In this document: positions 15,008 through 25,073 of the stretch, one piece after another | Layout: the number at the start of each line of letters is the position of its first letter | Numbering within the stretch: the first letter of the stretch is position 1 | IMG/VR virus record: IMGVR_UViG_3300048687_000087 | Location: 13,413 to 77,412 of that record | Reading direction: 5' to 3' (one strand) | Origin: a virus | DNA: 64,000 nt | Program-made: the position numbers and the translations under genes | The notes under the pieces: model-generated | What the model was told of the DNA's origin: nothing | What the model saw: the letters and a program-made list of their open reading frames with translations, nothing else | Databases searched by the model: none

Positions 15008-16044
15008 TGGCCCGACGCCGCCACCGGCCCGCCGAGCTGCTGGCGTTCATACGCGGCGAGCAGACCGACGCGGTGCGCGGCCTTGAGGACCGCATCGCCG
15101 CCGACGCCCTCGGCGACTCTGCGGAGCGGTTCGATGAACTGCAACGGCGCACCCTCATGGCGTGGACTACCGCATTCGGCAGCCCACAGCAGGACGCCAC
15201 CGACGTGGGGGCGCTGCGCCGCATCCTGGCCGCCGTCCGCGCCGCAGTGCACCGCATCCTCGGACCGCTCGCCCCTCACTCCCAGAAGGCGCTAACCGCC
15301 CGCCTGGAGGAGGCTGTGCAGCTCGGCGCGCGACAGCATTCCGCCTACCTCGAACGCACAACTACCCGCCGCGGCATACAGGTTGCCGCCCGGGCCAGCC
15401 GCAGTCTGCGCGACACTGCCGCCATCATCGGCGACAGCATTGCCCGGCACCGTGACCGCGCGCTCGGCCTGCTGCAGACCGGTGTCGCATCCCGCTGGTC
15501 CCGCGTTGCCACCGGAATCGGTGCCGCCCGCAGCGCCCTCAGTGCAGTACGTGCCCACATCACCTGGACTGTTGGTAAAGCCGTCAACGAAGGACTCACC
15601 GAGAGCATCCGCGCGGTCGGCGCTCGCAAGCTGTGGGTGTCGGAGCGGGACGCCTGCGTGTCCTGCACCGCCTACGCCGGACTCGTCGTCGACGCCGATC
15701 AGGACTTCCCCGGCGGACTCTCCTGGGACCCGCAGCAGCGCGGACGCACCGAACCGGTCGCCGGGCCGCCCTTGCACCCCAACTGCCGCTGCCGGCTTGC
15801 CGCCTGGGAAGACGAGTGGGCGGTCGAAGGCGTGCCGTCGATGCCCGAGGCGCTGCGCCGCGAGGCCCGCCGCTCCATCGCCCGCGGCTGGTCGCTGCCC
15901 ACCGAATCCGGTGCCGCCCGTGTCCGGGCGGCCCGCGAGCTCCTCCGCACTGGGGCGGGCCTGCCGAAGAGCGTGGAGGAGTTCGCCCGGCTTGCCGTAT
16001 CGGCAGGCCGCTTCCAGAACCGCACCGTCCCTACCGGCCCGTGA
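15004..16044 (+). CDS. MuF-like minor head protein
   Basis: CVSC..PPLHPNCRC motif. Confidence 0.85.
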   Translation: MMARRRHRPAELLAFIRGEQTDAVRGLEDRIAADALGDSAERFDELQRRTLMAWTTAFGSPQQDATDVGALRRILAAVRAAVHRILGPLAPHSQKALTARLEEAVQLGARQHSAYLERTTTRRGIQVAARASRSLRDTAAIIGDSIARHRDRALGLLQTGVASRWSRVATGIGAARSALSAVRAHITWTVGKAVNEGLTESIRAVGARKLWVSERDACVSCTAYAGLVVDADQDFPGGLSWDPQQRGRTEPVAGPPLHPNCRCRLAAWEDEWAVEGVPSMPEALRREARRSIARGWSLPTESGAARVRAARELLRTGAGLPKSVEEFARLAVSAGRFQNRTVPTGP

Positions 16045-16076
16045 TGGGCAACCCGGAATCCCGAGATGGGAGCACC

Positions 16077-16805
16077 ATGAACACCACCGAGCTCGACGGC
16101 ATCAGCCTGCCGCCCGGAACCGTCATCGGCTACGTCGCCGGCCGACCCGTCTACAACATCGCCGGAAGCTCCGGCGAAGGAGAAGCCGACGGGGGAGACA
16201 GCGAGACTTCGGCAGACGAGCCGGAAGGCGACGAGGCGCCCCATGACACAACCGGCGGCGAAGAGGTCGAGGAGGCTGAGGAGCGGGAGACGCCCAAGCC
16301 GGCGCCGCCAGCCGACAAACCCGACGCGTACACGGCGCCGACTGAGGCGGAGTGGCGCAAGACGCAGGCCGCCTTGAAGAAGGCCAACGAGGACGGCAAG
16401 CGGCACCGGCTGCGGAACAAGGAGCTCGAAGAGGCGTCCCGCGCCAACGAGACGGAGCACGAGAAAGCACTGAGAGAGGAGCGGGAGAAGGGCGAAGGCC
16501 GGTTCCGTGCACCCTTGGTGAAGGCAGCGGCGAAGGCTGCGCTCGCGGAAGCGGGTGTCAGCGGTCCTGCCGATCGTGTGCTGCGGCTCCTTGACCTCGA
16601 TGGGCTGTCGGTCGACGACGAGGGTGACGTCATCGGCCTGGACGGGGAGATCGACCGGATACGCGGCGAGTACCCGGAGTTCTTCCAGAACGCGAAGATG
16701 AAGCCGAAGGCAAGGCCAACAGCTGCGGACCGTAAGCCGGTTGAGGAGAAGCCCAAGTCCGCGGCGGAGCGGCACGCTGCTCGTGTGCTCGGCCGTACCG
16801 CTTGA
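16077..16805 (+). CDS. Capsid scaffolding protein
   Basis: Acidic N-terminus, coiled coil, YPEFF; upstream of the major capsid gene. Confidence 0.8.
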   Translation: MNTTELDGISLPPGTVIGYVAGRPVYNIAGSSGEGEADGGDSETSADEPEGDEAPHDTTGGEEVEEAEERETPKPAPPADKPDAYTAPTEAEWRKTQAALKKANEDGKRHRLRNKELEEASRANETEHEKALREEREKGEGRFRAPLVKAAAKAALAEAGVSGPADRVLRLLDLDGLSVDDEGDVIGLDGEIDRIRGEYPEFFQNAKMKPKARPTAADRKPVEEKPKSAAERHAARVLGRTA

Positions 16806-16938
16806 CACCAGCAGGTATATTCATCACCAGGTGAATTGATTCGGTGATCGGATCATCCGCCGCCCAGTACTGCGAGAGCGCCCGTGATGGGGCCCGCAAC
16901 CCACAGCAGCCCCATCACACGCCCACAGGAGGGCACCC

Positions 16939-17856
16939 GTGGCACGCAACACCTACGAGGCCTGGATCCCGGAGGAAGACAGCTCCGAGGTCATCACCCG
17001 CGTACAGCAGATGTCCGCCGTCGAGGCCCTCGCCTCCCCGGAGCCCATGAGCTCCAACACCAAGAGCATTCCGCGCTCCGCGGGCGTCGGCGTCAGCCTC
17101 GTCGACAAGGGCGGCGCCTACAGCGAAGACACGTCCGCCAACGACGACGTCGTCCTCACCGCGAAGAAGGTCGGCAAGGCGATCCGTATCGCCGAGGAAG
17201 ACATCGACGACTCGCTCGCCGACATCCTCGCCACCAAGATGAAGGACTGGGCGACCTCCTACTCCAAGTACATCGACAACGCGAGCCTCGCCGTCACCGC
17301 CGCGCTCGGCGTCAACGTGCCGTTCGCGTCGGTGTACTACACGCTCACGCAGACCGACGCGGCCACGGGCTACACCGCCAACGACAACATCACCACCGCC
17401 GCGAGCACCGGGGTCACCTACGACAACCTGTCCGCGGTCCTCGACGACGTCGAAGGCGGCGACTACTTCGACCTGTCCCGCACCGTCGTCATCGCACACC
17501 CGTCCTTCCGTGGCGTGCTGCGCACCATCAAGGACGACCAGAAGCAGCCCATTTTCGTACAGGGCCAGGGCGGCGACCGCGGCACTCCCGACACCCTGTT
17601 CGACCTGCCGGTGCGCTGGTCGCTCGGCTGCCGCCTCCACGCGACCGCCACCGACGCGCCTACCGGCAAGCCCATCCTTGTCGTCGCGAACCAGGACTTC
17701 CTGCGTCTCGGCCGCCGTTCGGGCCCGGAGTCCATCTTCATCGACGGCCGCGACGGACTGTCCGCGCTCACCGACGAGTCCATCCTCAAGATGCGCGCCC
17801 GCCGCGCCTTCAACCTGTCGCACCCGAAGGCCGCTGCCGTCCTGGTGGGGGCCTGA
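16939..17856 (+). CDS. Major capsid protein
   Basis: 305 aa; WIPEE start, HK97-like ending MRARRAF; position. Confidence 0.88.
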   Translation: MARNTYEAWIPEEDSSEVITRVQQMSAVEALASPEPMSSNTKSIPRSAGVGVSLVDKGGAYSEDTSANDDVVLTAKKVGKAIRIAEEDIDDSLADILATKMKDWATSYSKYIDNASLAVTAALGVNVPFASVYYTLTQTDAATGYTANDNITTAASTGVTYDNLSAVLDDVEGGDYFDLSRTVVIAHPSFRGVLRTIKDDQKQPIFVQGQGGDRGTPDTLFDLPVRWSLGCRLHATATDAPTGKPILVVANQDFLRLGRRSGPESIFIDGRDGLSALTDESILKMRARRAFNLSHPKAAAVLVGA

Positions 17857-17858
17857 TC

Positions 17859-18203
17859 ATGGCTGCGGCGAAGAAGGCAGCAGAGAAGAAGCCAGAGGCT
17901 GAGGTTGCGAAGCGGTCCGCCGACGGCTCCGACGAGTGGAAGTGCGTCAAGGAGTTCGTCGTCCTCGGGGACGCCCTCACCGAGGACGGGCCGGGCCACG
18001 ACGCGAACAAGGCGGTCGTGCTGCAGGAGGCAATCCAGCGCGGCCTGCACCCGCGCGGCGACGTCTCCTTCGACGGCACCGAACTCCTCAACGACGGCGT
18101 CTCCCGCGCACTGCGCTACAGCGTCGCCGTCGTGCCAGCCTCCTCGGATGCGGAGCCGGAAAAGACCACCACGCCCCGGGACCAGATCGAGGGCGGGGAC
18201 TGA
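17859..18203 (+). CDS. Hypothetical virion-associated protein
   Basis: ATG 17859 after the capsid stop codon. Confidence 0.65.
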   Translation: MAAAKKAAEKKPEAEVAKRSADGSDEWKCVKEFVVLGDALTEDGPGHDANKAVVLQEAIQRGLHPRGDVSFDGTELLNDGVSRALRYSVAVVPASSDAEPEKTTTPRDQIEGGD

Positions 18204-18646
18204 TGGTCGACGCCTGGGCCACCCCGCAGCAGGTCACCGACATCACCGGTGTGACGGTGACCGATGCCCAGCTGGGGCTGGCACAGGCGTCGATCGAAAT
18301 GTTCTCCAACAGGACCTACCCCGACACCGAGCGGATCCGGGCCCGCGACCTGTACTGGCTGCGCATGGCCGTCGCCTACCAAGCCGCATGGGAGCAGGGG
18401 CAGTTCGACCTGAACACACGCCTTGATGCCAACCAGGTGCAGCAGGACGGCGTCGTCGCCAACCTCGACAGCCGGGCCATGATGCTCGGCCCCCGGGCCA
18501 AGCAGGCGCTGCAGCGCTGCTCTTGGATGCGGTCCCGGACGATCCACGTGCGTTCCCCGTTCGAGGACGGGCAGCGCGCCTACGGCGACCCGCTGGCCGA
18601 CTCCAGCGACGAAACCCTGCCGTGGACACCGATGGGCGGCAGCTGA
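18203..18646 (+). CDS. Head-tail adaptor
   Basis: TGATG coupling; WAT..V..ITG..LRMAVAYQA; position. Confidence 0.65.
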   Translation: MVDAWATPQQVTDITGVTVTDAQLGLAQASIEMFSNRTYPDTERIRARDLYWLRMAVAYQAAWEQGQFDLNTRLDANQVQQDGVVANLDSRAMMLGPRAKQALQRCSWMRSRTIHVRSPFEDGQRAYGDPLADSSDETLPWTPMGGS

Positions 18647-18981
18647 TGCACCTGGCGACCACCACGATCAGCATCCTCGGCGGCAGCAGCACCGACGAGT
18701 TCGGCGATGAAACCGACGGCATCACCGCTGTCGTAACCGGGCTCCCGGTCTCGCTCATCGAATCGACGCGCACCGCGATGGAGCCCGTCAGCGGAACACC
18801 CCGCATCATCCGCACCCACATCTGCCGCCTGCCACCCGGCACAGCAGTCGACGAAACCAACCGGATCAAAGACGAGACGACCGGCGAGATCTACATCGTC
18901 GTCGCCACCACCCGCAACGCCAACCCGGTCATCGCGCAGCCCCTGCGCGCAGACCTGAAACGCACAGGACGAGCCGCCTAG
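18646..18981 (+). CDS. Head closure/stopper protein
   Basis: TDEFGD motif; position. Confidence 0.65.
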   Translation: MHLATTTISILGGSSTDEFGDETDGITAVVTGLPVSLIESTRTAMEPVSGTPRIIRTHICRLPPGTAVDETNRIKDETTGEIYIVVATTRNANPVIAQPLRADLKRTGRAA

Positions 18982-19081
18982 CTGGCTCCGACACAACCAC
19001 CGCCCGCCCGGCACCTACGGCCCGTAAACGGCCAGCCGGGAAGGCACCCAGACCCGCCGGCCGTAAAGGAGGTGCAGGGCG

Positions 19082-19459
19082 ATGCTGAGCGCGAACTATG
19101 AGGTCACCGTCAACCACGGCTGGCCCGGATGGGTCCGCAACGCCGTCACCCGCTACCTCCACAAACTCGGGCGCGAAATCCAGAACGACATGGAACGCAT
19201 GGCCCCCGTCCGCACGGGCCGGCTCCGCGGCAGCCTCTACCACGAGGTCAACCGCGGACAGCTACGCGTCGGCGTCCGCAACGTCCCGTACTGGTCGACT
19301 GTCGAGTTCGGGTCCGGGCCACACGAGATCCGCCCCGTCGCCAAGAAGGCCCTGCACTGGCCCGGTGCCCGCCATCCCGTCAACCGCGTCCTGCACCCCG
19401 GCACCCCCGCGCAGCCGTTTATGCGGCCCGCCCTCTACAAGCGGCGGGGGAGGTTCTGA
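19082..19459 (+). CDS. HK97 gp10-like tail completion protein
   Basis: APVRTGRLRGS..VEFG..AQPFMRPAL. Confidence 0.85.
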   Translation: MLSANYEVTVNHGWPGWVRNAVTRYLHKLGREIQNDMERMAPVRTGRLRGSLYHEVNRGQLRVGVRNVPYWSTVEFGSGPHEIRPVAKKALHWPGARHPVNRVLHPGTPAQPFMRPALYKRRGRF

Positions 19460-19911
19460 TGACCGTCACCCCGCAGGCGAACACCGAACTCGTCGCCGTG
19501 GCCTGGCTGTCCAGCGCCTCCGGTATCGAAGCGGGGCAGGTCGCCACGACCCTGCCCGCAGCCGGCGGCGCCTGGGCGGACAACGGGTTCCTGCACGTCG
19601 TCGGCGCGGTCGGCGGCAGTCCGCAGATGTACTACGCGCTTCGCGAGCCCGTCGTCCAGATCGACGCCTACGCCGTCAACGTGAGCTCCGGGAAGCCGCC
19701 GTGGGGCAAGGCCGCCAGCTTGATGGAGCTCGTGGTCGCCGCAACCTATGACGAGGCGGGCCTGCAGCGGGTGCTCACGCTGCGTCCCGGCTACCCGCAG
19801 GCCCGCGTTCTGACCGCCCACTTCGCCTCCGAACCGCGCCGCATGCCGTCCGATGACGCCTCATACGCCCGCTTCCAGGCCGACCTCGCCCTGCACTGGA
19901 TCACCCTCTAG
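19459..19911 (+). CDS. Tail terminator-like protein
   Basis: PVVQIDAYA motif; position before the major tail gene. Confidence 0.65.
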   Translation: MTVTPQANTELVAVAWLSSASGIEAGQVATTLPAAGGAWADNGFLHVVGAVGGSPQMYYALREPVVQIDAYAVNVSSGKPPWGKAASLMELVVAATYDEAGLQRVLTLRPGYPQARVLTAHFASEPRRMPSDDASYARFQADLALHWITL

Positions 19912-19918
19912 GAGCCCC

Positions 19919-20089
19919 ATGCCGACCGTCCGCACCACTATGCAGCCCGACGTCGAACTCGAGGTGTCCGACGCCGAGTACACCGACCTCGACCGCCAGG
20001 GACTCCTCGTCGAGGACCCCGGCGACTCCAAGCCCGTCCCCGCCGCCGCACCGGCCAAGACCCCGACCGTTGCGAAGAGCAAGGACTGA
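19919..20089 (+). CDS. Small hypothetical protein
   Basis: AGGAG RBS; EYTDLDRQGLL. Confidence 0.55.
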   Translation: MPTVRTTMQPDVELEVSDAEYTDLDRQGLLVEDPGDSKPVPAAAPAKTPTVAKSKD

Positions 20090-20092
20090 CCC

Positions 20093-20653
20093 ATGGCTGT
20101 CGTCGCCACCAACCTGATCATGGGGCCCGCCGATCTGTACATCGGGAACTTCGGGTCCGTCGAACCCCTCGACACCGTCGTCAACACCACGCCGGCCGCC
20201 TCCAGCTGGACAGACCTGGGCGGAACCCAGGACGGCGTGAAGATGACCGTCGACCAGACGTACACGCCGCTCGAGGTCGACCAGATCGTCGACGAGCCAG
20301 GCGCCCGCCTCACCAAGCGGCTCTTCACCATCGAGACCAACCTTGCCGAGGCGACCCTCGAGAACCTGCGTTACCTCCTCAACGACGGCACTGCGGCGAG
20401 CGGAGCTGGCTTTAAGAGCTACGAGCCGGTCTACGCCTCGAGCGCCACGCAGCCCACGTACCGGGCCGTGATCCTCGACGGCTACGCCCCCAACCAGCTG
20501 CGCCGCCGGTTCATCATCCGCAAGTGCCTGTCCAACGACAAGATCGAGACGACCTATAAGAAGGACGGGCAAACCCTGTTCACGGTCAAGTGGCAGGGCT
20601 TTTACGTGAGTCAGTCGATCGCCCCCTTCAAGATCACCGACGCGACCAGCTAG
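20093..20653 (+). CDS. Major tail (tube) protein
   Basis: WTDLGGTQDGV, LAEATLENL; position. Confidence 0.85.
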   Translation: MAVVATNLIMGPADLYIGNFGSVEPLDTVVNTTPAASSWTDLGGTQDGVKMTVDQTYTPLEVDQIVDEPGARLTKRLFTIETNLAEATLENLRYLLNDGTAASGAGFKSYEPVYASSATQPTYRAVILDGYAPNQLRRRFIIRKCLSNDKIETTYKKDGQTLFTVKWQGFYVSQSIAPFKITDATS

Positions 20654-20661
20654 GAGCCACC

Positions 20662-21072
20662 GTGACCACCCGAGCGCCCAAGACCCGCACCGTTCCGGTG
20701 CCCACTCCCGCCGAGGACGACGGCATCCTCCGTATCACCACCACCCCCGCACCCCCGGTCCAAGAGATCGAGGAAGCACGCAGGGTGCTGTTCGCCATCG
20801 ACGACGACGAGTTCACCGTCCCCAAGGTCATCGACGAACGCCTCGTCTACCTCGCCCTCGAATCCATGCGAAACGACGGCGCCCTGTTCTCCGGCCAGCG
20901 CCTCGTCGAACTCCTCCTCGGCAAGTCCCGCTACCGCCAACTGCTGGATTACTACGAGGCGCAGCGGATCACTCAAGCGAATTTCGACGCCATCGTCAGC
21001 AGCGTCTCCAAGCTGTTCTTCGACCACATGAACACCGACGACACGGCGGGAAAAGATACGTCCGCCTCGTAG
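20662..21072 (+). CDS. Tail assembly chaperone (G)
   Basis: Between tube and tape measure genes; slippery G-GGA-AAA at 21048. Confidence 0.8.
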   Translation: MTTRAPKTRTVPVPTPAEDDGILRITTTPAPPVQEIEEARRVLFAIDDDEFTVPKVIDERLVYLALESMRNDGALFSGQRLVELLLGKSRYRQLLDYYEAQRITQANFDAIVSSVSKLFFDHMNTDDTAGKDTSAS

Positions 21073-21356
21073 AACACCTCGCGGGCTACCTGTGGATCCT
21101 CGACCACCGCGACGACCTCGACGCCGACTTCCTCGCCATCTACCGCATCGACCTCGAAACCACCGTCGTCGGAGCCAAACGCTTCCTCGCCCTCGCCGCA
21201 CGCACCCCCGCCTACGACGGAGCCATGACCCTCGCCGTCAACAAAGAACAGCAGTCCGCAGCCGCACCTGCGACCAACCCTGACGCCCCGCAGGAAGTGT
21301 CCGTGGACGCCATGAACCTGATGATGCCCGGCCTGATCGAACGCACGGAGGTCTGA
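21048..21356 (+). CDS. Tail assembly chaperone GT extension via -1 frameshift
   Basis: GGGAAAA at 21048-21054; the -1 frame (WILDHRDDLDADFLAIYRID...PAYDGA) is open to TGA 21356. Confidence 0.8.
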   Translation, partial: GKRYVRLVEHLAGYLWILDHRDDLDADFLAIYRIDLETTVVGAKRFLALAARTPAYDGAMTLAVNKEQQSAAAPATNPDAPQEVSVDAMNLMMPGLIERTEV

Positions 21357-21358
21357 CC

Positions 21359-24300
21359 ATGTCATTCCTCATCGCATCCGGGCACGTCGAAGTCGACGCC
21401 AGGACAGAGAAGGCCAAGGCCGCGATCACCGGCATCATCGGCGCGATGGGCGCCCTGGGGCCCGCCGCCACCGTCGCAGGCGCCGGACTGGCATCAGCGG
21501 GAGTCGGCATCGCCGCATTCGGCGTGGCAGCCGGCAAGCAGGTCGCCGACCTGAAGAAGGCATCCGACGCCCAGAGCAAGTACCAGGACGCCGTCGAGAC
21601 AAGCGGCAAGACCAGCAAGGAAGCCGTCAAGGCCGAACTCGCCTACCAGCAGACCCTGGCGAAGATGCCGAAGGCCACCAAGGAAGCCACCGCCGCATTC
21701 AGTGCGCTCAAGGACTCCTACAAGGGCTGGAGTGACTCGCTCGCCGGGGACACCATGCCAGTGTTCACCAAGTCTTTCCAGCTCTTCTCGGCTCTGCTTC
21801 CGAAGACGTCGGGCTTGGTACAGGGCACGTCGCGTGAGCTGAACCGCATGGTTACGCTGATCGCTGGCGGGGTGAACTCGCCGGGCTTCGATGCGTTCAT
21901 GGGCAAGCTGACGTCGTTCAGCACGGCGACGCTACATACCCTCACCAGCGGAGTGATCAATCTGTCGCGGTCACTGTCGGGGTTCGCGGCCGGCGGCGGC
22001 TTCGACGGCTTCATGAGCAACGTCGAACGGGCCGGGCCCCTGATCGGCGAAACCCTCACCAACCTCGCCAAGGCGCTTCTCCATCTCGCGACGGCCGGCG
22101 GTGACATGGGTATCTCGCTGCTGACGGCCGCGAATGCGCTCGCGAAGCTCGTCAATGCCATTCCAACCGGGGTACTGAGCACGTTCTTGCAGCTGTATGC
22201 GGCGATGAAACTGCTGAGTGTCGGCATGCGTCTGGTCGGTGCCGTGGCGACTTCCACCGTGATGCAGAGGTTGGGGACGTTCTTCGCGGCGACGTGGGCG
22301 GGCGGCTTCCGTTCCGCGGTCAGCGGGGTTGTGCAGCGGATGTCGATGCTGCAGAAGGCGGCGGTAGGCCTGGGGGCGATCGCGGTCGTCGCCGTCGGCA
22401 TCGACAAGCTGGCGGAGAAGGCGCGCGGTGCGCCCCCGGATGTCGACCGTCTGACGACGTCGCTCAAGAACCTGGCGACCACCGGGCAGTTCACAGGCGA
22501 GCTGAAGAAGTCGTTCGGCAACATCCAGGGCATGGTCAACGACCTCCGCAAGCTCCGTAAGGCGCAGCAGGAGATCGAAGACCAGCGGTCCAAGAGCAGC
22601 CAGAACGACCTGTTCAACTTCGAGAACCGCAGCAACCCGGTGGGCGACTGGTTCTGGGGCATGATCGATGACTTCAAGAAGGGCGGCGATTCAGCCAAGG
22701 CGCTCGAGGACAAGTTCGGTTCACTCGACAAGGCCCTCGCCCAGCTCGCCACCTCCGGCTACGGCAAGCAGGCCGCGCAGGACTTCCAAGCCATCCGCAC
22801 GGCGCTGCGCGCCGACGGCATGTCCGATGCCGCCATCAACAAGACGTTCTCCGGATACAAGGCCGCTGTCGCCGACCTCAAGGCCGAACAGGCTCTCGCC
22901 GCCCAGGGAATGGGCTTGTTCGGGCAGCAGGCCGTCGCGACCAGCAACAAGCTCGCCGAACAGAAGGCCAGCGCGGACGGGCTCCGGCAGAGCATTCAGG
23001 CCCTCAACGATGTGAACCGGGCCGGACTGGGCGGCATGATCGGCTTCGAGCAGGCCATTGACGCCGCATCGAAGGCTGCCAAGGACAACGCGGGCGCCCT
23101 GACGATGTCCCACGGCCAGCTCAACCTCAACAGCGCGAAAGCCCAGGCGGCAGCGACCGCGTTGAACGATCTCGCATCGAAGACCGACGCCGCGGCGGCG
23201 TCCGCACGGGAGTCCGGGGCCTCCTGGGAGACCGTCAACGGCGTCTACAGCCGGGGCCGCGCCCAGCTCGTCGCGACCGCACAACAGATGGGCCTCACCA
23301 AGACGCAGGCCGGTCAGCTCGCCGACCAGATTCTGAAGATCCCGGACAGCAAGAAGACCAAAGTCCAGATGCAGCGCGAGGACGCCATCGCGGGCCTCAA
23401 CGCCGTCATCTCCAAGATCAAGGCCACGCCGGGATCGAAGAGTGTCACCGTCAAGACGCTGTCCGCCAGCGCGATCAAGGCGCTGGAGTCGGTCGGCTTC
23501 AAGGTCACGCACCTGAAGGACGGCAGCGTCTCCGTCACCGCGAAGACCGGCACGGCGCAGTCCAACATCGGCAAGGTGCAGTCGGCGCGTGACCGGTTGT
23601 CGGGCAAGAACATCACCATCACCGCGACCTACCGCACCGTCTTCCAGACAGTCGGCCGTGCCCCGTCGCAGACGGCCAACCTGCTGCGCCAGCAGGCAAA
23701 GAACCTGGGCGGCGCCACAGGCGGTCGCTTCGGTGGCAGCTCGTTCCGCACCCACTACGACACGGGTGGGCGTGTGCTCGGCCCCGGTACGGGCACGTCT
23801 GATGACGTGTTCGCGCCGTGGCTGTCGAACGGTGAGTGGGTCATCAAGGCCGCAGCTGTCGCGAAGTACGGAGACCGGTTCCTCGCCGCCGTCAACGACG
23901 GCAGCTACAAGCCGGGCCCGCACTTCAAGAAGGGCGGCAAGCTCTCCGAGAAGCAGAAGGCCGCCATCGCAGCCGAGAAGCAGCGACAGAAGGAAGGCAA
24001 GTCCGCCCTCACCTCCGACACGACGTTCACCACGGCGGGCCGGCTGGCCGGCTACAAGTACACGGAGACCGTGCACGACCTGGGCATGCCGGAGTCGGTG
24101 TCGTCGCTCGTCACATCGATCAACACGTACCTGTCGAACATCAAGAAGGCGTTCACCGGCAAGACCGAGGCCTACCTGGTGTCGAAGCTGCAGTCGTCCG
24201 GTAAGGCGCTGCTCGCGAACCAGAAGAGGCTCGAAGACGTCAACAAGCGTCTCGACGCCGCGAAGTCGAATCTCGACGACCTGAAGGGCAAGTTCGACTC

Positions 24301-25069
24301 GCTGAAGACGTCGATCTCCTCGTCGCTCGTGAGCTTCGGCAACATCACGAAGATCGGCAAGTACGGCACCAGCACCGACACGCTGATCAAGCAGCTGCAG
24401 TCCGACACCAGCCGGACCACTGAGTTCTCCAAGATGCTCGACCAGCTCAAGTCGAAGGGCCTCAACGCCACCGCGATCGGCGACATCGCCGCGGCCGGCG
24501 TCACGGGCGGCGGCATGGCCACCGCTCAATCGCTGCTCAGTGCAACGCCCGACCAGATCAAGAAGATCAATGAGTTGCAGGCGCAGCTGCAGAAGTCCGC
24601 CGACGCGGCGGGCGCGACGGCTGCGAACGCCATGTACGGGGCCGGGATCGCCGCCGCGCAGGGTCTCGTGAAGGGTCTCACCGCCCAACAGACGGCTATC
24701 GAAAACGCGATGATGAAGATCGCGCAGTCGATGGAGAAAGCCATCAAGAAGGCGCTCGGGATCAAGTCCCCGTCCAAGGTGATGGAACCGATCGGGGACT
24801 ACGCATTCCAGGGCGTCGAGAAGGGCTGGGTAAAGCGCGCCGCAGCAGGCAACACGATGATCACAGGTGGTCCCGCGCTGCGTGCCACACCGAGCATGGT
24901 GTCGACCGGTACACCGTCTGCAACCGGCGGCTTCGTCGTCCAGAACCTGAACCTGACCATCAGCGGATCCTTCGACTTCGCCTCCCCGGCCGAGCGCCGT
25001 GCCGCGGCCAAGGCCCTGGTGAAGGACATCAACGACGAACTCCGCGTCTACCAGCGGCAGAGGAGCTGA
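21359..25069 (+). CDS. Tape measure protein
   Basis: 1236 aa, Ala-rich; GPGTGTSD..LSNGEWV; LGIKSPSKV. Confidence 0.95.
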   Translation: MSFLIASGHVEVDARTEKAKAAITGIIGAMGALGPAATVAGAGLASAGVGIAAFGVAAGKQVADLKKASDAQSKYQDAVETSGKTSKEAVKAELAYQQTLAKMPKATKEATAAFSALKDSYKGWSDSLAGDTMPVFTKSFQLFSALLPKTSGLVQGTSRELNRMVTLIAGGVNSPGFDAFMGKLTSFSTATLHTLTSGVINLSRSLSGFAAGGGFDGFMSNVERAGPLIGETLTNLAKALLHLATAGGDMGISLLTAANALAKLVNAIPTGVLSTFLQLYAAMKLLSVGMRLVGAVATSTVMQRLGTFFAATWAGGFRSAVSGVVQRMSMLQKAAVGLGAIAVVAVGIDKLAEKARGAPPDVDRLTTSLKNLATTGQFTGELKKSFGNIQGMVNDLRKLRKAQQEIEDQRSKSSQNDLFNFENRSNPVGDWFWGMIDDFKKGGDSAKALEDKFGSLDKALAQLATSGYGKQAAQDFQAIRTALRADGMSDAAINKTFSGYKAAVADLKAEQALAAQGMGLFGQQAVATSNKLAEQKASADGLRQSIQALNDVNRAGLGGMIGFEQAIDAASKAAKDNAGALTMSHGQLNLNSAKAQAAATALNDLASKTDAAAASARESGASWETVNGVYSRGRAQLVATAQQMGLTKTQAGQLADQILKIPDSKKTKVQMQREDAIAGLNAVISKIKATPGSKSVTVKTLSASAIKALESVGFKVTHLKDGSVSVTAKTGTAQSNIGKVQSARDRLSGKNITITATYRTVFQTVGRAPSQTANLLRQQAKNLGGATGGRFGGSSFRTHYDTGGRVLGPGTGTSDDVFAPWLSNGEWVIKAAAVAKYGDRFLAAVNDGSYKPGPHFKKGGKLSEKQKAAIAAEKQRQKEGKSALTSDTTFTTAGRLAGYKYTETVHDLGMPESVSSLVTSINTYLSNIKKAFTGKTEAYLVSKLQSSGKALLANQKRLEDVNKRLDAAKSNLDDLKGKFDSLKTSISSSLVSFGNITKIGKYGTSTDTLIKQLQSDTSRTTEFSKMLDQLKSKGLNATAIGDIAAAGVTGGGMATAQSLLSATPDQIKKINELQAQLQKSADAAGATAANAMYGAGIAAAQGLVKGLTAQQTAIENAMMKIAQSMEKAIKKALGIKSPSKVMEPIGDYAFQGVEKGWVKRAAAGNTMITGGPALRATPSMVSTGTPSATGGFVVQNLNLTISGSFDFASPAERRAAAKALVKDINDELRVYQRQRS

Positions 25070-25073
25070 GCCG

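Noticed and set aside
16802-16825. Housekeeping sigma promoter from TTGACA before the capsid gene
   Set aside because: The TATATT hexamer is only about 8-9 nt away, and no good -10 lies at 17-18 nt spacing
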